Assembly (NCBI GenBank): GCA_964057225.1
Contig: OZ059896.1
Location: forward strand, 14,446,001 to 14,510,000
DNA length: 64,000 nt
Direction: 5' to 3'
Source: Auanema rhodensis
Lineage: Eukaryota > Animalia > Nematoda
In this document: piece by piece, positions 25,768 through 36,785 of the stretch
Numbering within the stretch: the stretch's first letter is position 1
Layout of the letters: each line of letters begins with the position of its first letter
Made by a program: the position numbers and the translations under genes
The notes under the pieces: generated by a model
The model's input: only the letters and a program-made list of their open reading frames with translations
The model's database searches: none
What the model was told of the DNA's origin: nothing

Positions 25768-27144
25768 ATGGCAATGAGAAGTGCTGCAATTAATTTTGAT
25801 TGCAAATTCTTATGGATATTTTTTATTTCGGCTATTGTTTTTTATATATTAGTCTACCCATCAAGCCCTGGCGATATTACAGATGTTTTAAATTTCACAC
25901 ACAGAGTTCGTAAAAACTTTAAAAAAGCTCTTGCTGACTCAGGTAAATTTATTTTATAAATTAGCATTGTACGTGTGTTGTTTTAGAACTCAGAAATAAG
26001 AAAATTCCACTTTTCTCTAACTTTACCGAGTCATTTAGAGTAAGTCAACAGCTGGATAATAACTTTTCAACTTTATATATAGATAGCCAATGATTACAAG
26101 CTTGCTCATTGTGCTTATCCAACAATTATCTCCAGTATGATGGAGAACATGATGTGTTATCTATATGACAATGAATTATTTGCATCTTCGGGAAATATGA
26201 TAACCGGAGGCTGGAGGACAAGCGGGTACGTTAAAGCATATTCAACATACCCAACTGACCATTACTCTACAGAGCCTGTAAAAACAGAAACGAATATAAC
26301 TATTACAAAGACACAGTCAAGCATCTTCCATTTGGTTTCAACACAACAATGCTTATACGTGAACCTCTGTCCAGATTTTTTAACGCTTTCATGCATATTT
26401 GCATATAGTAATATCGGAATTTTTTTAATATCTTTAAATATAATTACTTTACAGTGAACCAGGATTAACACGTAGGGAAAACTGTTTCAATTGCGCAAAA
26501 AGATCTCCAAACATCATGGGATGTGTTCTTGAAAACTTGGCGAAACAGCTAGAACTTGGAACTTCTTATGTAGGCGATAATCGACCTTTTGCTTATGAAC
26601 TTTCACACATGGCTCCGTATACATGGTATTGTTTACAATTAATTTATAAAGTTAACTCAACTCATAAACAACCGTATAGATATATCACTACAAGGAAATG
26701 AATTATCATTCACGTGAACTCTACGTCAAATGTAATTATATCATTTACAGGTTTTGTAATATTCGCAACATATACGATCGAACATACTTTATCCAATATA
26801 ACACTGAAAGTGAATCAGCAAATGAGATATCAATGAAAAGAATTCTGTCAATTTTGGATTTTTTGGGAGTCGAGCGATGGAAGCTCAAGTACATTAGTAC
26901 AGAAATGCAATGTAAGATGTTGCACTAGCAATTAATCTATTATTCTATTCTGCTTCCAGCTCGAGAAAATACTTGGAGCTATACCTATAGACAATTAAGA
27001 ACCAGTGGTAAATTAGATTTTATGAATGAAATCAGAACAAACCAGACGTTATTTAATATGCTTTTAAATATATACGCAAGTGATTATGCTATATTCGAAT
27101 ATCCAATACCATCTAACGATGCTCCTGAGTTATTCCTATTATAG
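25768..27144 (+). CDS. Sulfotransfer_2 family paralog D (spliced)
   Basis: TM N-terminus, LAHCAYPTIISSMMENMMCYLY, LIREPLSRFFNAF, HMAPYTW, YASDYAIFEYP. Confidence 0.82.
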
Positions 27145-27378
27145 TCAGTTTTAAATAAAAAATATCTCAATATTTTTTTAAATCTGTTGATTTTGAAATA
27201 ATAACGTAAAGACTTTTTTAACCAATAATATTATACGATCAACTTAAAATCAGATAAATGGAAGAAGAAGAAAACTCATGTTTTTCTTGCTCTCGTCAAA
27301 ATAACATGAAGAATTTTGAGAAAAAGAATAATGTAACATGTTTTTTTAATTTACGTAAATGCTTTTATGTAAACTCCT

Positions 27379-29546
27379 AATGAAATATATCTAAAAATCA
27401 GATACGCGGGAGAAAAAAAAGTTAGCGAATAGTTTCTATTTAATTTTAAAATCTCATGTATTTTAAAAATCACGCGAAAATGACATGAAAATCACGTGAA
27501 AATCACATGAAAATCACGTGAAAATCACGTATTCAATAAGTCGGATATAGGTATCATAAAGCAAAAGTGCGGTAGGTGATGAACGAAACGTGAAAATTTT
27601 CACGTAAAATGAAATATGCTAATCATGCTGAATTACTTATCTAAAGTTAACAACATATAATTGAGCTTCTAAGCATTTAAGTCTCTGAAAATATTGTAAA
27701 AACAATAATTAACTTTTAAGATGAAATGTTGCGCAAAAACTTCCCATATCCCAACGGCCTCTAACAGAATGTTGGTATATTCAAACTATGATATATGTAG
27801 TCAGCTCTTCAGTATTCTCAAAAAGAAACTGAAGCTGTGATAGATACAAAATTATTCTGTTTCCTTCTCAAAGATGATTATGAACAACAGCTCACTGAAT
27901 ATGCATTTGATAATTATTCAACCATATTTTTATAATTGTATAACATTGAATGGTTAGTGTAGATATTACGATCGGCTAAAAATCAAAGAGAAATGAGGTT
28001 AAACAATGTATTAATTACAAGTTTAGGATATTCATCTAAATCTTATGAATTCGTTACTTGCATAGTTTTCTTTCTTTATTTCCAGTCGATTTCCATATTA
28101 CTTTCCCTGAAGTTTGTCCGTGCCATTGAGTTGTGGCCTGCTGTTGCTACCCGTTGCAATTTTTGAAAATTTCTATACAAATTTGTTTAACTTTGAGACA
28201 ATATCATCTACAGATTATGGTAACTTGCGCTAGATATTCTAAGCTGGATCGCTCGGATCACTTTCCAGTATCACTGAGTAGTTTTCGCAAGCAGTATGGA
28301 GTCTATTGTCTATTGTTTTGTGTTTTGTTTATATTAATGTTTCAATTGTTATCGATAGAAAATATTCGAACTAAAAAGGAAATTGAGCAAAACATTCAGG
28401 AAGTTTTGCTAACAGCAGGTACTGTTATATGTATAAAAAAGCCCTTCAATGAAATTTGTTATAAGATATCAAAACATTTCCATATGCTCCATATCAAAAT
28501 CGTTCTCAATACTATAGAGTATGAAAATTTAGCATTCTTAACTAATAAGAATTAATCACTTCAGGCTTCTGCTGAACTTCAAATATCATATTGCATTATA
28601 CATGGAACTTATGAGTATGTACTAGAAGCGGGCTTTTGTTATTTGTATGATGCTACTCAGTATAATGAGCAAATGTTGAAAGGAGAAGTAAATTATAATA
28701 AAAACAGGTTTAACTAGTTTATAAAAAACTCTATTTGATAATTTTAGAAAATGCAAAAATCTTAATGAGTTTTATCGTATTGAAGATGTTGCTAAGCATT
28801 TCCAGAGCAATGTTTTTAACAGTTTAGTGGTGTACACAGAACCATTTCTCCGATTTTTTTTGGCTTATTCTACACATTGTCTACAGTATCATCTCTATTT
28901 ACTAATGATTTTTCAAACGGTATATGCTTTATAGAGCAACAACTAATTCTATATGCTTTGGCTGCCCCAAAGGAAATCTTGGATGTTTTGTTGAAAATCT
29001 TAAGAAAAATATTTCTAATCCTGTAACAAGTGATCCAATGACAACAGTTGGTTTGAACGATTTAACTAAATTTTATCCTCAAGTCTGGTATTAACTCTTT
29101 AAAGTGTTCTAGTTAGGTTCTCAACTCATTATAGGAATTGTCTATTAGTTGCTCAAAGTCCAAATCTATACTTTGTGCGATATGGAATTTCACCTCAAGA
29201 GAGAATGCCAATGATAAACAAACTGACCAAGTACTTTCAGAGAAATTTGCCGACTAGTCTATCAGGTGTTATCGTTGATTATTTAAAGAGTATGTACTGT
29301 TGAAAAGACCGTTATTATAATTATTTACTCATTTAGATGAAAATATAACTGACCAAATAGCGAGTACCGCTAAAGAACTCTACATCAAATACAACATACA
29401 ACAGCAACTTTCCGATTCAGTTGTAGAAGAAACTCTTAGGAGTATATACAAGTACGATCTGCTTACGTTTAATTTTACCTTATCTGGACCTAAATATTTG
29501 GAAGAAATTTTTAATAACATTATATAAGCATTCTTATTTCTTCACT
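27379..29546. repeat. Right arm of the 2168-bp inverted duplication
   Basis: Reverse complement of 22958-25125. Confidence 0.95.
28217..29527 (+). CDS. Paralog C' (duplicate of C)
   Basis: ORF 28133-28555 translation is identical to 23949-24371 (-); lies inside the inverted arm. Confidence 0.75.
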
Positions 29547-29852
29547 CATCGTTTTTTCAGTATATGAAATGTATCATACTCTATTGAATGAATTGTTTTC
29601 GAATATTAACTAAAAGCATATATTTTCCCCTTCAGTGAACATTTCGTCTCTGTTCTGTTATTTAGAACAATCGTTTTAGAATATAACTTTCTCTTTCTTA
29701 TTTTATACAATCCTACTCTCATATGTATGGCTTCAATTCGATTAGATTTTACAAGTTGATATATTTTTATTGCTATATATAAAGATATATATATATATAT
29801 ATATATAATTACTTCTGTATGTAAAACTGTAAGAGCCTTGTTTGTGTATGTC

Positions 29853-30102
29853 ATGAGATCTGCACAGCATCCCTCTCGAAATTCAGAATGGAATATACCT
29901 GAACTCATCCAATCATTTTTCTGTCCTTTAATTCTTCTTATCTTCATTGTTGATATGTTATTCTTATTCAACTATTCCTATAATTTAAATAATGCTGCAA
30001 CAACAAGAGCTTTAGAAGATATCAAAGAATATACCACATTACATGAGGTAATATATTTATTCAAATTCAATTAGTTGAAATTCCTCATTTCAGAAGTTTT
30101 GA
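29853..30102 (+). pseudogene. Probable truncated 5' remnant of another sulfotransferase-like gene, or a small TM peptide
   Basis: MRSAQHP...FFCPLILLIFIVDMLFLF...ALEDIKEYTT. The TM plus EYT stem resembles the N-termini of A (LEYTERVR) and B (FDYTQEVR); it stops right after the first intron. Confidence 0.45.
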
Positions 30103-30494
30103 AGACTATTGTTCTTTGGTAAAGATAGTATGTACGAGAACATGTAATATGTCTGTATATTTTCTTTAAATATTCGTTCGATAAATGTTTTTTATAATAT
30201 TGTTAATCATAATGAGGTTATCTTCTTCAAAATTTCTTTCAACTAGCACATTCAAGATTGCTAGAAACAGGTTCTTCCTAATCGATATAGCACAAGTCGA
30301 GTCGGTTGCGATTGAAAACGATCATAATCTTTGAAAAATTAGTTTGTGAAGCTGATAGCTTTATTTTTATTGATTAGTACTGTTTTAATAATTTTTTGAT
30401 ATTCTTATGTTTCCTGGACTAGAGTTTAAATTTTGAATATATTAATTCATTATTTAGTTCGAAAGAGTTTAATTCTGTGATTGAATCGAAAATC

Positions 30495-32194
30495 ATGTCT
30501 GGTAGAGTTCGTTTTTCGGAGGAAAGACCCGGTGTTGCCTATCTCCCAACTCAATTAGCTCCACCACCCCCATCTACTGGATTGGTTGCCGAACTCTTCG
30601 GGCGACCTATGCCTCCTCTTCACGTTGAAACTAATTTTGAGATGGATCCTTTTACAGCTGCTAGCATAGGAGATTCAAAGTTGATTGCAGTAAGTACTAT
30701 AGCAGTCCTTTTATGGAGTAAAATAAAGAAATTCCCATCATGTTTAAGCTCTTATTAAAAAAACAGCCAAGTATTGTCAGTGTGAAGAATCGATCCTCGT
30801 GGACTCCATTACTTTATGCAGCCTATTTAGGCCACCATCCTGTTTGTACAATATTGTTGGATAATAATGCTCAGGTATATTTCAGTTTATTCATCAGATA
30901 TATATGAAGTGGTATTTATTATCAGGTTGATGAGTGTAATCGTCGAGGTCAAACAGCTCTTATGCTGGCATCTGCCTGTGGAAATAAAGAGGTATTTTTT
31001 AAAGCTTTCTATAGTTCTTATAACAATTTTTTATCAGGTTGTCAGAGTTTTACTGGAACGCGAAGCAAATACTAGTAGAACAGATCGATTTGGTAGACAG
31101 GCTCTGCATTATGCCGCAAATTGCAGTCAAAACGATGTACGTTTCATTACTTTTACCGATTTAAAATAATTAATATTTTAGGTGATAGATCTTTTATTAG
31201 CAGCACGTGCCGATCCTAATGCTGTAGATGATGAGGGAATGACGCCTGTTCTCGAAGCATGTATGTCTGGACATGAACTAACTATAATTAGCTTATTGGA
31301 AAAGGTTAGATCTATTCAAACTATGCAAATAAATTTTTTTTAATAGGGAGGCGATGTTTACATTAGAAACTGTAGAGGTGAAGATGGCATGACACTAGCT
31401 GGTGATAATGCTAAAATTCAGCGGTTGATTCGTGAAAAGAAAAGAGAAAGAAGCGAAGCTGTATCCGCAGGAGTTAGTGGATTTGTAGTTGGTAAGATAT
31501 AAATATGTCAAAGTTTTCTTAGAAATTCCTCATTCTCAGAACCTGCATCTGCATCTCGTGAACCAGGATCTTTAGAAGAATTGCTCGAACGTATGAACCT
31601 TGGACGATATTATCCTCGTCTTCGGCAAGAAAATTTGGATCTGAATCTTTTCTTTTCATTGACGGAAAAGGTAAATTACTAAAATAAAAACATTTTCAGT
31701 GTTTATGATTTCTTAGGATTTGGATGAAATGGGTGTGGCATATGGACCAAAGAAGAGAATGTTGTCGGTTATAGAAAGATATCGATCCACTGGAAAAGTT
31801 ATAATAGAAAGCTATGAAAATGTATCTATAAAACAACCACAACAACTAGCTCCGTCGCCTCATTACGTATGCAATTTAGGAATTTAAGATGAAATTACTT
31901 AAGCATTCATAGGCTCCCGCTGCTTTATCACCATCTTCTCTACCTGGAACCCGGGATGAACAGTCTGAATTGAAAAGCAGTTTACGATATATTTTTGACC
32001 AAAACGAGCAAACTAAGCAATTTGCTATGGAATCCTTGGGACACCTTCATGGTGGATCCGACAATGAACGGTATATCCTTCAACTCGCAAAAGACGGCTA
32101 ATTCAAAAAGCTTTTTAGATTACGCCCACTACTTACAGCCATTATAGATGGAATGGAAAAAATTTCCACTAGAATAGCTCGTCACGCACTGTAA
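30495..32194 (+). CDS. Ankyrin-repeat and SAM-domain protein, ANKS3-like (spliced)
   Basis: DPFTAASIGD, WTPLLYAAYLGH, GQTALMLASACGN, GMTPVLEACMSGHE; SAM domain LEELLERMNLGRYY...DLDEMGVAYGPKKRML. Confidence 0.85.
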
Positions 32195-32411
32195 GAGATC
32201 GTCAATAGAATTAAAAGTTTTCTTTGTACATGCCAATAATTAATTAAAACAATAAAAATAAGAGATCTTTTCCCTACAATCATTTGTAAAATACAACCAA
32301 TATATTCGAAAATCCGTAAATGAGATCTGATATGAAGCTATAGCTAAGAGTTAACACAAGGGTATGTGCAATTATACAAATATAATGTTGAATGATGAAC
32401 TCAACAATATC

Positions 32412-34299
32412 TTATCTGATATCGATGAGGTCAAACGTTTCGCCAGATCTAGATGCCATTGAAATTGAAACCTGTTCTGATTGGATAGAGTTGTTCGCTT
32501 GAACAATATCATCATCATCATCATCATCATCGAGCTTCAACAACTGCATGTCTGGTTCAACAATAGATTTCATTTCCACGGCTTCTTCAGCAGGTTCGAC
32601 ATTGTTTTCATTAGAAACAGCGACTTTTTCTTGATGTAGATGTACCTGTGAAGGAAAATTTTAGAACGATGGCACAGCAATGGCTTTTACAAACCTTAGC
32701 CAAATCAATTTCAATTGGAGACATTACAGTTTTCTCTAAAATTGTTGAGCATTCAGTTTGGCAAGATTTCATGATATTTGCAAAATTGGTCAGGTGAGAA
32801 GCAATATCACGAACTGTTAAAACGAAAAAATAAATAAAGCAATAGTAAAATGGTATAATACCGTGTTTTTGATCAAGCAATTCTATTTTCACTATGACAT
32901 CATTACGCATTTGGACAAATTTTTGCCGTGTGTCATGACGGCATCGCAACATTAATCTATATTTGATGATTATCAAATTGATAAATAAGAAATCAAGCAC
33001 CTATATTCATAATTTCCTGTTTCAACTCTGTATAATGGCTCTTCAACACTTTGAAACTCTGCTTCTTCATCATCAAGTTCTTTTAATTTAAGGCAATATG
33101 ATAAATATTCATATTTTACATCTAGATATCTGTAAATTTGACTTCAATAGAATGTTATTACATTTGATTCTAATACTTTTTGACAGTTAACTGTGTGTCC
33201 GGAATAACTTTATTGACATACGTTTCTAAATCGGCAACCATAGGACGTAATTGCTTAGTACTTTCATTCTGAAAATAAAAATCAATTGAAACCATTCGAA
33301 TGTAAAAAAGTTGAAATCAAACCTGTCTTTTTTCAAGCTGACGATGAACATCTCCAAATATAGAAAACACTTCATTTGCATTTTGTTGAGATTCGTGAGC
33401 TGCCAATTCACAAAAGACATCCCCAAAAACTTAAAAAATAAAAAAAATAAGTAAATCAAAATAAATAAACCAGTCACAGCATAATACCACGTCAAAATTT
33501 ACGGAACATTATTTTAAATTGGCGCGTTTAAAAATTGGTTGAACTTTAATTTCTACGAATACGAGTTAACTAAAAAAATTATTACCTTTTTGACAATTAT
33601 TTAATTTATCTTGATAGTAAATCATATCAGTGAAAAATTGAATCAAATTTCGATACAGGTCTGCATTATTTTCCAAAATCTAGAATTTCATCATACTCAA
33701 TATTCAAGTAACTCTCTTCACCTTCATTTTCTTCAGAAGTGGATCATTACACAGAATTGCACGGGAGAGGCCTAGCGCATCTGCAGAATCCGCATCCATG
33801 AATTCAACAATCTTGAAAAAAAGTTAAAGGAAAGAAAATTTATACAATTTACCTTATGCTTAACCTTCTTCAACATTATATCAACAGTTTTACCTTTGGC
33901 TGAATCTGCTTCTAGCTTGTTTATTGTTATCTGAATCCAAATGAAATATTCATGAACAACGGATAAATATCACCTTTACAGGATTTGTACTACATTGTAT
34001 CAATGAAGCTACAGACTGTTTCTTTTCTCCTTTGACGTTTATTCCATTTATTGCAACTATTTCATCACCGCAACGTATTCTAAAGCATAGAGCATTAGGT
34101 TCCATATATAATTTAATCTTTAGTAAAAAGTATACCTGCCATCTGTTGCGGCTGACGATGCGTCAATAATTTGAACAACATAAACACAAGGGCAATAAGG
34201 ATATCCACCTCCAATAGTTATTCCAACCAAACCTCTTTCGTCTTTCTTAACCTCGACGGTTTCAGACTGAATGCGCATTCCTAATCGATCCTCTTCCAT
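32412..34299 (-). CDS. PICK1 (PDZ plus AH/BAR domain; spliced)
   Basis: MEEDRLG..., GLVGITIGGGYPYCPCVYVVQI (PICK1 CPC motif), ADALGLSRAILCND, YCLKLKELDDEE, KIELLDQKH, acidic C-terminal tail. Confidence 0.9.
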
Positions 34300-34430
34300 G
34301 TTGTCCGGGCTGTATTATGAACTATTCAAACAAATAACATCATAATAGAATGCGATTTTTTTTAAATTTCATAATAGTTAAAAGTATATTACGAAAAGCA
34401 TAATTTTGAAATAATATCAAAGCGCTTGCG

Positions 34431-34544
34431 TATAAAGAAGGGTCCGCAGCTTCTCGATAAGGGCAGCTGGTTGGTAGAAGATCGATAAACGTCTGCTGTG
34501 TCCATGGAGCAGTGGACGCTAGCCTTCTACACCCCTCCCCAATA
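34431..34544 (-). ncRNA. Candidate structured RNA element (three-way junction), unknown class
   Basis: Helices GGGGAGGGGU/ACCCUUCUUU, GUAGAAGG/UCUUCUAC, AGCGUC/GACGUU, UGCU/AGCA and CAGCU/AGCUG. The G-U pairs form only on the minus strand. Confidence 0.6.
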
Positions 34545-34721
34545 TTTTCCATTGCTAATGCTTCTTAGAGATATATCGTTGGACCTTAAATACACCATAT
34601 TATTCTACTAACATCCTTTTCTCTTTTTGTTTCAATTAGCTCGTTTTCCGTCTTGTTGAAAGTTTCCCTCATAAGTCATAAGAGTTTATTTATATTTATT
34701 GAGAAATATACAAGATTAAGA

Positions 34722-36175
34722 TTAATAGGAAACTGTTCTTGATACTTTCTGTTTAACCTTTTCCTCATTCAGCATTACCGTTACCTACATATAGTTTTAA
34801 ACTCTATATTTAACCGAACACAAACCTTTTTCAGTGCTACACTCATGTCTAATATGTCCTCTTGTGGTGCCCCTGAGAGCAAATTGAGTGTGCTGATAAT
34901 CTAAACATATTTAAACCACTTGTCTTCAAATTTTCCAAATATCTAACCTCATTTCTCAAACTATCGCCATGAACGCAAGATACTGCAGCACCAACTAGTC
35001 CGCAACCAAGCAACATCCAATCCATTTTAAGCCTAGCATGATCAAACCTAAATATAATTTCGAACCTAAGTCGATGTACTATTATTGTTAACCTGTTATA
35101 CTGACTTCTCGCCTTATTAGTAGTTATAGATCGTAGTAAGAAATTGTATAGCTAAACAAACGATCTTATGTAGATAGCAATTACGTACCTCACCATGTCG
35201 TGATGTAAAAAGACAATATCTAGGAATAAAACGATGTGATGCCAACATGATTCATAGTCAAGATTCGATGAGATTTTGGAAACAGAGCCTAAATTTTTTT
35301 TATTTCGGATATTTTGAATAGACATTACATAAACATTTAAGAAAACTTTCTGGGTATATCAACGGACACTCAGGGACAGTGTATCCCACAGTTTTCAAAA
35401 CTCGAACTTCGGAATTTAAAACTGCGTTTTTAGTATATGCTTGTCCCAATGATCGCAGTGTTGACGAAACTTGCTTTAATGATAAACTCTGAAAAACTTT
35501 CTTTTCGCCATTAGAAATAATATACTCACAGTATGATAATTTCCCGTTTTAGAAGCTATCTGTATACAGGAAGCAATACGTAAGGGAATTTGTCTTTGAA
35601 AATATTGGTTATTCATCAGTAGTTTTAAACTCAAACCTGGACAGATTGGCTTCAATTTTTTCCCACTCCTGTTCCTTCTTCCTTGAACTCATATCAGAAG
35701 AAACTATGAAATCCCATAGACTTTTCGTCTGGAGACACATGAATCTGTGAAAGAAGTTTCGTTCAAAAAAAAATTACAGATCATAAAGTACCTGTCAAAA
35801 AGCAATGCTGCGACAAAGCGAACATCATGAGGTAGGCGGAGACGTACACAAATGGTAAAGATGTATTGAACGCTTTCAACAGTTAGAAAATCATAAGTCT
35901 CCAACAGTGCAGAGTTGATCCGACCTTAATTTGCATACTTCATTCAAAAACTACGTGCCAGATCGATTTCACCAGCATTGTTTCTTGCTAATTGTGCCAA
36001 CCAATCAGGCCAGTAATCTCGACAGAGAGTCCCTCCGTCATAGCAAAAATTTGGGTCAGCTTCTGACATCGGGTGATCTGGCGGGTAAATTTTTGATTTT
36101 GAATCACCCTTAATGATTTTATATTAATATAACTTACCAAACCTTATGTAATACCTCATTCTGGATTATAGACAT
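34722..36175 (-). CDS. cosa-1: COSA-1/CNTD1 cyclin-like crossover factor (spliced)
   Basis: YWPDWLAQLA, VQYIFTICVRLRLPHDVRFVAALLFD, LRIASCIQIASK, YTKNAVLNSEVRVLKTVGY, WMLLGCGLV. Confidence 0.88.
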
Positions 36176-36785
36176 GCTTCGGCAGAAGTAATCTATCCGT
36201 TTGATGTAATCTTCTGTATCTGCCTTTCAATCCTAAATTCAAATTCTTACTTTTTCTGATATAACCTCTAATAAATTTGTCATATTGAAAATACTAGGTT
36301 AAATTAACGTGTGGAAAATTTCCTGCAAATTCTCTACCAATCGCAAGTAAAATGGACAAGCACTAACAGCTTGAGTGCTCAATAGAAAAATGCATGATGT
36401 TTACAAGCGTCCATGAGGCCGTTATGTTATCCATTCACACATTCAAAATTTACAGATTTGCCGATGGTCTGCTTTAAATTTTACTGCTTTTGCTGTCAAA
36501 CATTACCTTCTCCAGCATGAAGCATTTTTTTTACATCAATATTTGTATTTCAATTTTTCTTCAATGGATTTTTGTTCGGTATTGTACGGACTTCGCTAAT
36601 ATTTTTGAAAATTTGTTTTGTACTTATTTATTTTTTCTCTATACTGCTATTTCTTTTATTTTTCTTGATTCTTCCCCAAATTCCAAATTATTTCGTAATA
36701 TTGATTTCAAGTTTGAAACAGGCTATGATTTATCTTTTGTCAAAGATTATTTTTAAACGCGCTAATAAAATTTTGTTTATATAGT

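Noticed and set aside
34555-34672. Spliced small ORF ending TAG-CAA just before the structured RNA (readthrough or frameshift idea)
   Set aside because: It needs a 28-nt intron, well below the local norm. Readthrough and -1 frames hit stops within about 12 codons, and there is no canonical slippery heptamer.
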